From NCBI GenBank assembly GCA_964106645.2, contig OZ067039.1: a stretch of 64,000 bases of DNA; one strand, 5' to 3'. A program made the position numbers and the translations under genes. The notes below the pieces were generated by a model. It was not told the origin of the DNA, made no database searches, and saw only the letters and a program-made list of their open reading frames with translations. Shown piece after piece: positions 50,901 through 60,757 of the stretch. Position 1 is the stretch's first letter. Each line of letters starts with the position of its first letter. This DNA is from Podarcis pityusensis. Its lineage: Eukaryota.

Positions 50901-53227
50901 CCTCTGCTCTAGGGGCACCAGGATACCTGTGGGCCAAGTCCCTCCTCTCCTCCTAGTATGCTGTTGTCTTCCCTGCCCATCTTGATACGTTTTGCTCTTC
51001 CCGTGTATTTCCTTCTTCCTGTTGTCATGAGAGAGACCCACAGTGGGTTTTGCACCCCTCCTCCCTTCTTGATTCAGGAAAATTTCCTTCTACCTGCAGG
51101 CTCTTTTTCCGGCGCCATTATCCTGTCAGCAGCGTCACTTTCTGCAGCACAGATCCTCAGGACCGCAGGTAACCAGCAGCTTAGCCTGGCTTTGCCACAG
51201 GCTTTTGCTTAGGTTGCGCCTTACTCAGAGAACACCAGTCTGCTGTCAGTGTTCTCTCTAGAGCCTTTACAGCTGTAGCTTTGAGGTTGTGGAGGAGCTT
51301 CTACAAAGGCTCGTCTGTGTGATCTTTCCTGGGCCTCTGGGGGAAATATTAGCAAGCTGTAAGTTGAGTTCTAAGAAGAGGCTGTTGTGTAGAGACTATG
51401 GCTGGATCTAGACACATTAAAAAAAAAGTTTCAGGAAAATGCACTGTAAACCTCATAATGGGAAAGCACATTGCTGAAAGACGGAACTCCACAGCGCCAT
51501 CTGGTGTCACAGTGTTATAGCACATTTAACATTATTTTTCTTTACTGATGTCGCTGAGTCCTATATTTGTGTTTCCTACTTTGGTGGGCTCACAAGGTTT
51601 GAATTATAAGTGGTTGTGGGTTTTTGTTTGTGTGACTAATAAAATGACCACGGTTATAATAAAGGAGTGTGTGCGTATGTGCAGGAGGAGGAATTGTATG
51701 TTGTAAAGACCCCCTAGGGTGGAAAGTGCAATCACCTTGGTTGAGAACAGTGGTTGGGAGCCTTCAACCCACGAGCCGGATCAGGCCCACCAGGCCTTTT
51801 TGGGCCAACCATACCCACCTTCCCTAGGCCTGTTGTCATTGTGTTGATCGTGGTTTCTAAAGCCCTGGGGTCCAAGTATCCGAAGCAGCACCTTCTCCAA
51901 GGCCAGCCGATGTGATTCCTAACATTGGTGGAGTGGGTTTGTCTCTGCTTATGGTCCCCACTAGGATTCATGGTTCAAGATTGGATAGCAAGGCCCCCCG
52001 ATTCTAGAATCATGACCCCCTGGAGTTAGGCTTGCCTTCATCATTATTTGCATTCAGGTGTCTGTTGAAGATGTCTTTGTTTACCCAGACCTTTACAGAT
52101 CAAGCTTTTATTGTCTAATGCCTAACGTCAGCAAGTGATACTATGTTTTAATAATGTTGTTATTTCATGGAGATTTGGCGATTTGTAATATGTTTTATCT
52201 ACTTAAGTATTTTGTTGTTTTATCTTTTATTGTACATCACTCTGGGCTTCTTTTGGAGGAAGGGGAATTCATAAACCTAATACCTAAAAACAAATAAAGA
52301 CCTCACAGGCAGTTTCTTAGACTTCTGCCCTTTTAAGCCGAGTTTAAATAAATTGTGAGGGGGCTCCTTGGCATTTTTGGAGTGTGTTGGTATTAACCAA
52401 ACAGCTGCATTAAAGCATGTTGTGTTATTATTCCTTTAAGTTTATGTGGGTGGGAAGATGGCATTACTTAAACTGACATAAAGAGCTGCTCTAGTCGAAA
52501 GGCGCTCAGCTTCCCAAGGGCTCCCTTTCAAGCAAAGCATGCTGTGTGTTTGCTTTGAGTGGCCACCTCTTAGGGGGTTGTTGAAGGCTTGTCTCAGAGG
52601 AGGATGGTAAATACACTTTTTCTGAAATGATATTATTCTGTCTGTCTCTCTTTAATTGCAGGTGGGCTAACCCAGATGGCACCACATCCAGGTAAGCATT
52701 GGGGAGGCCAAAGGTCTTGGGGCTAACTCTTCAAAGGTCTTGTCAGCCATTGTTTTAACATCCCTCCTGCACAAGAGAATTTGGGCAGGAATAGAGCCCC
52801 TCTCTGTGTCCCAGAGACTGCCATTATTATTATTATTATTATTATTACTATTACTACTGCTATTATTATTATTATTATTATTATTTACAGTGTTTTACAG
52901 AGTACAAAAAAATGTGTGGGTGTTTTTTCCTCCAAAACTCTTTGGTTTTATTCTGGTCCTGAGAGCTGACTTTCCATTTTTGATGCTGCATCCAGGTTGG
53001 GGAGGAGAGAGAATCAATTAAAATGGGTACCAGGACCATCTCTCACGCATGCACACACATATTCAGCAGTGCTTTTCTCTTCCAGGATCTTTGGCTTTGT
53101 GGCCAAGAAGCAAGGCAGCCCATGTGAGAACGTCTGCCACCTCTTTGCTGAGCTAGACCCTGAGCAACCGGCATCGGCCATTGTCAACTTCATCACAAAG
53201 GTTATGCTGGGGACTCACCGGAGATGA
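15848..53227 (+). CDS. TNS2: Tensin-2 (C1-TEN/TENC1), spliced CDS, 26 exons in window, 5'-partial (most C1 exons not in window)
   Basis: Exons joined by phase give one open frame of 1464 aa. TNS2-type peptides include [44 protein letters not shown], the SH2 FLIRDS motif and the PTB ending NFITKVMLG. The adjacent convergent SPRYD3 matches known synteny. Confidence 0.96.
19362..19400 (+). CDS. TNS2: TNS2 exon, [13 protein letters not shown], 39 nt
   Basis: Pyrimidine tract with aag acceptor, gtaaga donor; matches the human TNS2 peptide as I recall it. Confidence 0.93.
19958..20190 (-). mobile_element. L2 3' fragment with (TTA)n tail
   Basis: (tta)n followed by tttgtatattgcccttcatccaaagatcacagggctgttcac. 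Confidence 0.6.
21492..21541 (+). CDS. TNS2: TNS2 exon, [16 protein letters not shown](R)
   Basis: tttttcag acceptor, gtaagg donor, phase 0-2. Confidence 0.93.
22296..22526. mobile_element. Palindromic MITE (PIF/Harbinger-like)
   Basis: Arms ggcacaggtctgggatttctaggtctg and cagacctagaaatcccagacctgtgcc, complementarity continuing inward, TA on both flanks. Confidence 0.75.
22766..22812 (+). repeat. (TTCC)n microsatellite forming the polypyrimidine tract of exon 22816
   Basis: Direct inspection. Confidence 0.92.
22816..22987 (+). CDS. TNS2: TNS2 exon, start of PTP domain ([22 protein letters not shown]...KYM)
   Basis: (ttcc)n ttcag acceptor, gtaaag donor; PTEN/tensin DLTYITER motif. Confidence 0.95.
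23806..23856 (+). CDS. TNS2: TNS2 exon, [17 protein letters not shown]
   Basis: aacag acceptor, gtgagg donor, phase 0-0. Confidence 0.94.
24754..24876 (+). CDS. TNS2: TNS2 exon, VQDFGWPD...VVLHCK (WPD loop and catalytic-position Cys)
   Basis: cacag acceptor, gtgcag donor, 123 nt. Confidence 0.95.
25183..25247 (+). CDS. TNS2: TNS2 exon, [21 protein letters not shown]
   Basis: gccag acceptor, gtacca donor, phase 0-2. Confidence 0.95.
25392..25475 (+). CDS. TNS2: TNS2 exon, [27 protein letters not shown]
   Basis: cctcag acceptor, gtgagg donor, phase 2-2. Confidence 0.95.
25916..26177. mobile_element. Harbinger-like MITE nested in an AT-rich hAT-like element (about 25770-26465)
   Basis: TIRs gggctcatcca and tggatgagccc; related copy at about 40951-41229. 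Confidence 0.7.
27052..27164 (+). CDS. TNS2: TNS2 exon, [37 protein letters not shown] (PTP/C2 junction)
   Basis: gacag acceptor, gtaagt donor, phase 2-1. Confidence 0.95.
28483..28543 (+). CDS. TNS2: TNS2 exon, [19 protein letters not shown] (C2)
   Basis: ttccag acceptor, gtgagt donor, phase 1-2. Confidence 0.95.
28668..28746 (+). CDS. TNS2: TNS2 exon, [26 protein letters not shown] (C2)
   Basis: cagcag tandem acceptor, gtgagt donor, phase 2-0. Confidence 0.92.
29320..29680 (-). mobile_element. L1-clade LINE 3' end fragment
   Basis: T-rich tail and similarity to the 3' part of 2713-3570. Confidence 0.5.
30191..30320 (+). CDS. TNS2: TNS2 exon, VKCYHK...FRVQFHT...LDEAWR (C2)
   Basis: tcttag acceptor, gtgaga donor, phase 0-1. 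Confidence 0.95.
31037..31102 (+). CDS. TNS2: TNS2 exon, [22 protein letters not shown] (end of C2)
   Basis: ccctag acceptor, gtgggt donor, phase 1-1. Confidence 0.95.
32557..32931 (-). mobile_element. CR1 LINE 3' fragment
   Basis: (ATTCTATG)n tail, [32 protein letters not shown] peptide, taattcat on both flanks. Confidence 0.9.
34394..34510 (+). CDS. TNS2: TNS2 exon, [39 protein letters not shown]
   Basis: ccccag acceptor, gtacac donor; tensin RWDSYENF motif. Confidence 0.94.
34521..34590 (-). repeat. (AAT)n tract plus about 20 nt of L2 3' terminus
   Basis: ttattatttgtaccccgtccat matches the L2 tail at about 47085-47106. Confidence 0.75.
37303..38556 (+). CDS. TNS2: TNS2 large linker exon (1254 nt), [16 protein letters not shown]...PVERQR
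   Basis: ttgcag acceptor, gtgagt donor, phase 1-1; lies within the 444-aa ORF; GPLDGSxY tensin motif. Confidence 0.94.
38952..38986. repeat. (TG)n microsatellite
   Basis: Direct inspection. Confidence 0.92.
40137..40287 (+). CDS. TNS2: TNS2 exon (151 nt), ELQDCRDG...[17 protein letters not shown]
   Basis: ccacag acceptor after a strong pyrimidine tract, gtgggt donor; phase 1-2, needed to join the flanking exons in frame; HTSSP motif. Confidence 0.88.
41392..42314 (+). CDS. TNS2: TNS2 second linker exon (923 nt), PGTFKH...QPPLPEKH...HHVTFAP...LRT
   Basis: tcacag acceptor, gtattt donor, phase 2-1; QPPLPEK and HVTFAP motifs. Confidence 0.92.
42573..42888. mobile_element. Older palindromic MITE (Harbinger-like)
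   Basis: Imperfect inverted arms aagccctgctcatgtgttactcac and gtgagtaacacgtaaatagggctt. Confidence 0.6.
43247..43636 (-). mobile_element. CR1 LINE 3' fragment
   Basis: agaatcatagaatc tail; [27 protein letters not shown] peptide. Confidence 0.88.
43869..44009. mobile_element. Short palindromic hAT MITE; relatives at about 1455, 16368, 19030, 28935, 54740, 56957-57085 and 57120
   Basis: caggtatgggaaacct and aggttccccatccctg ends; flanks acttggga and acttaaga resemble an 8-bp TSD. Confidence 0.7.
44175..44261 (+). CDS. TNS2: TNS2 exon, [29 protein letters not shown] (SH2 start)
   Basis: ttccag acceptor, gtacac donor. Confidence 0.95.
44530..45519. mobile_element. GC-rich hAT non-autonomous element with nested inserts
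   Basis: TIRs cagggccatagctagg and cctatctacggctctg; 8-bp TSD tatgtaat / tatttaat. Confidence 0.7.
45535..45743. mobile_element. Tc1/mariner (Tigger-like) MITE, second copy
   Basis: cagtggtacct...aggtaccactg with TA flanks; body similar to 2440-2658. Confidence 0.85.
46016..46147 (+). CDS. TNS2: TNS2 exon, [36 protein letters not shown] (SH2)
   Basis: gagcag acceptor, gtaaaa donor; FLIRDS phosphotyrosine-binding motif. Confidence 0.95.
47072..47418 (-). mobile_element. L2 LINE 3' fragment
   Basis: (TAA)n, 3' stem-loop, ORF2 C-terminal homology. Confidence 0.85.
47421..47773. mobile_element. AT-rich hAT-like element abutting the acceptor of exon 47780
   Basis: tagggatgga and tccatcctt ends; internal gagaactgcattgcaaaattc is shared with the copy at about 25770-25910. 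Confidence 0.6.
47780..47872 (+). CDS. TNS2: TNS2 exon, [31 protein letters not shown] (SH2)
   Basis: ccatag acceptor, gtgagt donor. Confidence 0.95.
48302..48914. mobile_element. Tc1/mariner (pogo-like) MITE with a CpG-rich core
   Basis: TIRs ccatatttttcgctctataggacac and gtgtcctatagagcgaaaaatacag, TA flanks. Confidence 0.82.
49065..49142 (+). CDS. TNS2: TNS2 exon, [26 protein letters not shown] (SH2 end)
   Basis: ttgcag acceptor, gtaaga donor. Confidence 0.95.
49876..49953 (+). CDS. TNS2: TNS2 exon, [26 protein letters not shown]
   Basis: ttccag acceptor, gtcagt donor. Confidence 0.95.
50107..50176 (-). pseudogene. Degenerate tRNA-Lys(CUU) copy or SINE head
   Basis: gcatgggactcttaatctcatggctgtgggttcgagccccacattgggtg on -; D arm and acceptor stem are broken. 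Confidence 0.65.
50719..50887 (+). CDS. TNS2: TNS2 exon, [20 protein letters not shown]...ITLTDNQR (PTB)
   Basis: ttatag acceptor, gtgagt donor, phase 1-2. Confidence 0.95.
51100..51168 (+). CDS. TNS2: TNS2 exon, [22 protein letters not shown] (PTB)
   Basis: ctgcag acceptor, gtaacc donor, phase 2-2. Confidence 0.95.
51492..51510 (-). promoter_or_regulatory. CTCF-like motif (gacaccagatggcgctg)
   Basis: Close match to the CTCF core; binding cannot be shown from sequence. Confidence 0.45.
52662..52691 (+). CDS. TNS2: TNS2 30-nt exon, WANPDGTTS (PTB loop)
   Basis: ttgcag acceptor, gtaagc donor, phase 2-2. Confidence 0.9.
52823..52884. repeat. Imperfect (TTA)n microsatellite
   Basis: Direct inspection. 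Confidence 0.9.
53086..53227 (+). CDS. TNS2: TNS2 last coding exon, [46 protein letters not shown]
   Basis: ttccag acceptor, TGA at 53225-53227; canonical tensin C-terminus. Confidence 0.96.
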
Positions 53228-56200
53228 AGGGACACTGCTGCAGATCTCTCTGCAGGCATCTTCTTCCTCCTCCTCCCCACCTTGACCACTGATTTGTGCT
53301 GCTCGTGTAATGCGGGGAGAAGCTGTTATTGGGCAGGTTGGCAGGCCCAGGTGGAGTCACTGCTAGGGAGTTTTCTACTCCCCTGCCTCTCCCCCACCTA
53401 CTGGCCAGCAAAAAGGGCTCTAGGGGGAGTGGATGTCAAGGCTGCACTCACTTCACTGGACCCCAGGAGTCTGCATTGCACTGTGTTTTCTTACTAGCAG
53501 ACAAAGCACCAATGGATGACAACTTAGAAAAGGACTGTACAGCTTTAAATATTTGGCTGATTTTTTTCATAAGCTCAGACAAGGCTCTGCAGCACAACAG
53601 TAACTGAAGGCATCTGGGAGCAATGAATATGTGGAGCTGTCTGCATCCATTAAGAGGCAGCATGTTGTACCATCCTAGTAGACGAAGAGGTTAGAATTAC
53701 TCTGGGCAGGCCAAGGGTAGCATAAGGGCCAGCTTGCAAACACCATGCTGGGGAAATCTGGTTCTTGCTTCTCCGCTGCAAAGCAACAGAAGGCGGGTGG
53801 TTCTGTTTGCAGGGTCAAAGCCCCAGCAAAGTGAGAAAGGCACCTGGGGATGTTTGCCAGGGTTGGGGTTGGGGAGGAGACTAGTGGGAAGGTGAAGGGT
53901 TAAGCTCTCCCGCTACTTGCTGTTTTCCCCACTCCTGCAAATCCTTAGCATATGGGCATGTGTGCCATTTTGCAGCACAGAACCAGCAGCCAGAGGTCCA
54001 AGCCCCATGTCTGCTTCTGATCACTGCAGATCAGTCTGGCTATAAATATCCTTTAGACTTATCAAGTACTAACCTTGTCTTCCATTAGTGAGGAAAAGTG
54101 CTCAACATGGAAAGATAAGTGATCCATTTTGGAAGTTTTAAGCTAGGTGGACAGCAGTCAGTTCTACTGTTAGCTTTCTGGATGAGTTGAAGTAGATCAG
54201 CAAGTATTTGTGACTCCCAAGTTGTGACAACCAGAAAATAACACCCCTCCCAGTGTTACATTACTGAAACAAAGGAGATGGGCAGGGGGCTACCTGGAAT
54301 GTTATTTGTGTGTGTCTGAAAGACTGTGAAAGTGGTTAGAGGGTGTCCGGGTTTTAGTAAAAAATGGAAGTAGATCTCATAAGCCTGAAGCCTGTCTGCC
54401 CTGTTTTAAACACTCAGGCTATGGCCTCAAAGCTGGTCTTGGGTGTTTTAGAATTCTAATTTAATTTTTTAATGCCCCTCCCTTCCTTTCATCCTTTGCT
54501 GTACCAATATATTTTATCAGTCTGGCAGTCTTTCTTACCATTGGCTCTGAAGCTTGGATGTGGGTTTCAATTAATTTCCCACTACTCTTTGTCATTTAGA
54601 ATGAAGGCCTTGCTTTCTGGATAGGATTCTAAGGCAACAACCCTTCAACTTATTCCAGTCTACATCTTGAATAGAATTGAGCAGCACAAGAGGGGCAATT
54701 CACTCACACCTCTTGCATAGAGAGTTTAAGCTATCAGGTAGTATTACTGGACCCCCAACTCCTATCAGCCTCAGCCATTGCAGCCAAGGGGCAGGGATAA
54801 TGAGAGCCGTAGTCCAGAGATATTTGGAGGCTCATGGGGTCCCTACCCCTGATGATGTAAACAGCATCCAAAAGGATAGAACCCAGACTGCAGTAGGGAA
54901 ACAGTAAGATTTGTAAATACTCGAAAATATTAACATGGGGTGGGGGTGGGTCACCATTTTAGGCCATCAATGGGAGAAAGATTTGTAATGCAAATCAACA
55001 CTCTGACCAATGCCGGTTTTGCATTCACATTGCAGCAAGAGTCATGCATGAAAATGCACTGATTGTGTAAAGGAGGTGCATAGTCCATAACGTCTCTGGT
55101 GAGCTACCTTTCTCCTAGTTCTATAATGGAGCAGCATTTAGGCAACTGTATGTGATAGAGGGGTCAAGTGGGAAGCAATGGAAGCTGCTGTTTTGCCTGA
55201 GTAAGGATGCTTGGTCTTCAAATTACCAGGTTACCTTGTGGCAGGAGCTGAGAGTGGCGGCAGCAATGTGTGCTGAACGGACCAGAGAACAGTGAAGAGA
55301 ATGGGACCAACTGCTCTCATATTCTGATTAAAATTAAAGGCAGCAGTAACCTGGGGGTTAGCAGAGTGAAGAACCAGGTTTTCTGAATTCTGCTCCTAGC
55401 TCAGGAGTGCAGAGAGACTGAGTACATGGATTTATGGCTGGATCATCTGGACCTGTCTCTGTGGGTGCTTCCGGCCAGAGGCTTGGTATTGCAAATAAGT
55501 AATTTGGGTATTACAAACAGCCAACAGGTGTGTTTTTTAAATCAGATTTTCTGCAAAAAGGAAAAAAAATGGATCAAAGGCAGGGTGGGGGGACTACCGC
55601 TTTATTGCAGCTGCTACAGAACCTGTGCATGTATGGGCAGCACCAATCCCATGTAAGAACCTGTCAGGAAGCACCTTTTGAGTTCAGTTTCCAGTTCTCT
55701 CCAGGGCACAGTTGTAAACAAAGTGCTGTTTTTCCCAGTGAAGCAATGCAGAGAAAATTGGAGTGGCCATTTATGGACCAATCAGTTGATATCTTTGAAG
55801 TTGTATGTGGTTGCTTTCAGATGACCTGTTTATTAAGTCGTCGTTTGCATGTTTGCAAACGTTGGCTGTTTTACTGAGCATTTCTTCTAATTTCTTTGTG
55901 GCGAGTTCACATGACACCGCAACAAAGAACTGTTATTCTACCCTTCCCTGTGTATTTTCTCATGACTTGCCTTACTATGAAAAGTCTGGGGTGTTGTTTT
56001 GTTCTTGGCTTGTTGTGCAAGAGCACAAAAAGCCACTTTAATCAAGCAACCTTAATTTGCCAGTATGCAGCTGAATCCCACCTGAAAGTATTGACAGTCT
56101 TGCAAGTGCTGTATGTTTTTGAACACAAGATTCTCTGCCAGATTAAGGAGCACCTACTAACTGCATATGCACATTTGCAAAGAGGAACGGGGGCTCTGTT

Positions 56201-57498
56201 CAGCCCAAGGTCTTGGGAACACCTTAAAAAGCTGTTGAATGGGTTACAGAGAGGTGTCTTATCACATGCATTCCTCAGAGCTGTGTTGTAACATTGTGTG
56301 AGGATATTCCAAAGTGTGTTTCCTTTTCAGAGAAGCAGCAGTGTCTAGTGGATAGAGGCAGCGAGAGGGGATGCTATACAACAGCCTAGTCTTGCAATGT
56401 TAGCACAAGCCAACTTCTGAGGAGTAAGTGTATGTGAGCCTTTGAACACTCCTATATTCAAACCTCGCCTTTACTCTTCTTTCACTTACTGTCATTTTCA
56501 TTGAAGGTAACAGGAAACCCTGCCAGGTGTGTTTCTTCCCCCTAATGAAAGGCATGTGTGGCTTCTTCCCTCCATAAGGAAATGTGCAGCCATTCCTCGC
56601 AAAGGGCGTTTGTGCCTCTTCCCTTGTCTGTGCCTTATCCTGGTTTCATTAGTGCACTATTTGAGAAGGGGCTGCTATACATGTAGCAGTTTTGCTGAAA
56701 AGAAAACCCCACTTCTTGTACCTTTTTTCCAGCACTGGAATGCCATAACAGGAGAACACGCATCTGCTGAAATGCTGCTTTCAGTGTCTCTCCCAGAGGC
56801 TCAAAGCCCTGTGAGACAACTCATCCTTTTGACCACCAAGTAACTTTCAGATTGCTTTTCTGTGACGTGTGTTTTTATTAGCTAAAATAAGAGCAGCTGT
56901 TTACTTTGCATTATATCACGTTATTTCGTGAGAACCTAATGGAGCTGGAACTGAAACAGGGGTTGGGAACTTGGGGGAGGGAGACCCCAATATTGTTGGG
57001 CTACAGTTCCCATCATCCCTGGCCATGCTGGCTGGGGCTGATGGGAGCTGAAGTCACCTGGAGGGACACAGGTTCCCCACCCCTGAGCTACAAAGGTGGT
57101 CATATTTGTTTCGCTGTATCACAGCCTTCCCCAACCTGGTGGAACCCAACTCCCACCTGCCCAGGCAGCATTCTGGCTGGAACTGATGGGAGGTGCAGTT
57201 CAAAACAGCTGGAGAGCACCAGGTGAGCAAAATATGCTGCAATGGACCATGAAGAACCTATTTCTGGGGTGACTGAAACTTACTTACTTTAAATTAGTCT
57301 GTCACTATAGTTTGATAGCATAAAAATACTATATCATCACCTTCTCTGGCAAACTGCCTAAACTCTCTATTTTATAAAGGTTAAAAAAGGGGTTACAGAG
57401 GGTGTCTTATCACAAGCATTCCTCAGGGCTGTGTTCTTACACTTTGGAATATCCTCACACAATGTATCTCCTTTTCAGAGAAGAAGCAGTGTCTAGAG

Positions 57499-57684
57499 CA
57501 GGGGTTGTCAACCTGGTCCCTCCCGCCCACCAGTGGGCGTTTCAGGATTCTGGGTGGGAGGGAGGGGGTTCTATGGCACAAGCTGAATCCTCCTTCCATC
57601 AAGCACTTGGGGGCAGTAAGGAAATTTTACCATCAAGAAAGAGGCATTAGTGGGCGGTAGGTATAAAAAGGTTGACTACCCCTG
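57499..57684. mobile_element. hAT MITE followed by a CR1 tail remnant (about 57685-57729)
   Basis: TIRs caggggttgtcaacct and aggttgactacccctg; inserted at gtctagag. Confidence 0.72.
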
Positions 57685-58116
57685 GACTAGATGATCCTTG
57701 TGGTCCCTTCCAACTCTATGATTCTATGAGAAGGACTAGGATTATGGGTCACAGGGCAAGGAGAGTCTACCAGGAATACATAAAACCTGAGCTAGCAAAG
57801 GCCCTGCACTGGCCTTGTTTAAAAATAAGCAGACCACAGCCTGAATTGTTCTACCATTAATATGCCTAGACAACTTTGAATGATTCTCCCCTCTAAAAAC
57901 TGGGAATTGTATGATGCTGCACTAATAGCTTGGACAATTGCTGCCATTTTGATTTCTAGGCTGCTTCTTAGGTGCAATCCACTAAGCCCTGCTGTTGCTC
58001 ATTGCTGGGTGCCATATGTAAACAAGTAGAAAAAGAGCAACAGCTGAGCTTGGTTCTGTGTGTGTTTGTGTGTGTTGTGCTTTTTAACGCAACAAAGCAA
58101 AGAAGCCACCAATATT

Positions 58117-58122
58117 ATTAAA
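58117..58122 (+). terminator. Candidate distal TNS2 polyadenylation signal (ATTAAA)
   Basis: Variant hexamer in an AU-rich, UTR-end-like block (58060-58400). I found no AATAAA on + after the stop. Other ATTAAA hexamers occur near 55330. Confidence 0.3.
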
Positions 58123-58945
58123 GACGGCACATCAGTAGAAGAAGAGAAAATGGGGCTCAGTTAGCCCCCAAATCTTGGGGGGAGGGGGGGTTGGTTTTAG
58201 TACAGAGATCTATTTTTGTCTACTAAAGAATTTATAAATGGATGTTAGCCAGAGATGTCTTGATAATATATATCTATATATAAGGGGGGGGGGAGCTGCG
58301 GCACTAAGCCAGGTTATCTTTTATATCTGTATTTTTCTTCTCTGTGTATAAACGGCAACACACCTTCTGTTTACTTCGTAAAATTAACACCCAACGGGTG
58401 CTTGCTCTACTTTTGTTATTTGGCACCTGTGTCTGTCTTTCCATCATTGTCTTGTTTAGCTTCTCACTTTGGGAAGGGGAAAACAAGGGCTGCAGCAGGC
58501 AAGGCCTGGAGATTCTCCAAGCAGGAGTCCTTTGTTGCAATCTGAATTTCTTATTGTGCTTTTAGCACCAGAAAGAGGTTATGGCCACACGCTGGATGTG
58601 CTCTAGTTACAGTTACAGGAACTAGTCACATGCAGCAGCAGGTAGCCCTAGCTCCAGATGTTCCAATTCCATACACAGAAACAGACACAGCTTGCCACTT
58701 CAATATCATCATGATGCACATTTGTCACTGTTGGGCGGGGAGAAGGCCACTTCCGCATGCAGCGCACACTTAAAATCACAATATCGTAGACTTTGAAGGG
58801 CCCCAGGGGCCAGCTAGTGCAACCAGTGAGGGCACTGTGAAGATATAAGGTCCAAACAATAGAGAATGGGGCTAGGATGTAGTGAAGCATTATAAAAAGA
58901 ACACAGAAGCCTATTCCAGTGCTGGATAAATATGGACATTTCAAC

Positions 58946-58951
58946 TTTATT
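58946..58951 (-). terminator. Candidate SPRYD3 polyadenylation signal (AATAAA), implying a 3'UTR of about 1.8 kb
   Basis: tttatt on the + strand; first canonical hexamer I found downstream of the SPRYD3 stop. Confidence 0.6.
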
Positions 58952-60757
58952 GAATGTATAAAGATTCTTTCTACAGCGATGCAGCAGGAACCGGTGCCAT
59001 GCAGAGCTGGAGAGGAGGAGGTTCTGTTCAGACCAGACAACCGTCGGCTCACACAGCCCAAGAGCAGGCTGCACAACAGGGTGCAGGGCGACAGTATTTT
59101 GGCTCTCTCCAAGGACTGCAACAGCAAAGCCTGCTGATCTCTCTCTCTCTCTCACTGGCATCCCACTCAAGTATTAGGTTAGTTTGGTGATAGGAAGCAG
59201 CCACCAGTGGAAGTCTGCAACAGCAGCATGGATTAAGGTTGAAGATGGAGGTGCTGTCACATTTCCAAAGAGTCTGGGGTGGTTGCTGGCACAACATCAA
59301 CATTCAAGCAAGAACGAACCACAAAGGGATGCTTATGTTCCCAACCCACCTATTAAAAACAGTACAATTGCAACAAAGCCAGGTAACTGGACCACAAGAG
59401 GGAGCCAGTGCAACTATTTGCAGGACCACCAGCTTCTGAGAAAACTAATAGCAGCAAAGGGCCAGAGGGGCTAGTGTAGGGGCCTGTCCTTCCCCTGTCT
59501 ACCGCCCCCAATGATCACGGATCTCCTGCCATAGATTAGCCACACCTACACAAGTGACATCATGACAGATTCTTACAGTTCTGAAGAGCCTTTGAATAAC
59601 CTCAGAGCCAAAACAGGTAAGCTTACAAGACAGCAAGCACAACGCAGAGGACAAGAGACCTAGAGCGCAAAGGAAGACAAGGGCAGGCCTACACATCAAG
59701 GGCCAGCCCTCATTAACTTGGAGGAGGAAGAGAAAACGCTTTACAATCAAACTGCAGGGCACATTTCACGCCCCATGTCTCTGCTTGCTTCCACTCCCAC
59801 TTACAAAATGGCAGTAGCAGCAGTACAGGTTTGCAGCAGCATTGCGCCCAGGACAAGCAGCACCCTTCCAGGGTCCAGCATCAATTATTTGAGGGATCTC
59901 AATGGCTCAGGAAAGGGAGCTGGGAAGAAGGCAGGGTGCCCTCACAACACACCTCCAGACTGGCACTAGGAAGAAGGCATGCTAGCACAATAGCAGGAAG
60001 GGAGTTCAGCATGGATGGAAGGCCGCCTCCTTCAAACAAGTGATGTGACAGGAAGGTGCACACAACACACAGGGAAATATAGTCAAAGAAAGATTTTCAC
60101 CATCTGTATAACATTCCCTCATGCAATCCTCAAAATTGGTACGGGCTCCTCTCAAGCTACGTTTCAACTGGAGGAGCAAGTGTACATTAAAAAGTGGCAA
60201 AGGGATTTGCAGGGAAAGCAGAAAGGCAAGATGTTGTGGGGCTGGCCTGCAGCTGGGGAGGGGTAACCAATGCCTGATGCAATATGGTGCACAGGAGTGT
60301 GCTGCTCCATCACAAAATGGGGCCCGTTGCATTCAGAGTGCAACGAGGCCAGGCCATATCCCAGCCTCCCTTTCAAAACTGAGAAGCGAGAGCCACACAG
60401 ACTCGGAACATTGTGATTGGGAAGAGAGTGGGACACTGTCCCAGTAATTAATCCCAGACCTGCTTGGGAACAAGAGCCTCAGGATTGATCCAGCATCCAG
60501 CAATGGTACAAGGAGCCCAAAAGTATCTGCAATCACATAGGATTTTTTTTTTGGGGGGGGGGGGGGAGAGACCAAGATAGGTGGCCTCGGGTGGTGTTAG
60601 CTAGACAGATATCTATATGATCTATATGGCCCCACAGGCAAAATGCTGCCCCTGGAGGCAGAGGCTGCAAGTCCAACAGAGAACAACCTGAACAACAGGC
60701 CAGTCCAAGGAATGGCAGCAGGAAAGAGAGAGGCTCGGTCCCCACACCCCTTCACTC

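Noticed and set aside
52740-53021. Poly-Leu or poly-Ile ORF that looks like a signal peptide
   Set aside because: Translation of a (TTA)n microsatellite; intron read-through hits TAA immediately after exon 52691.
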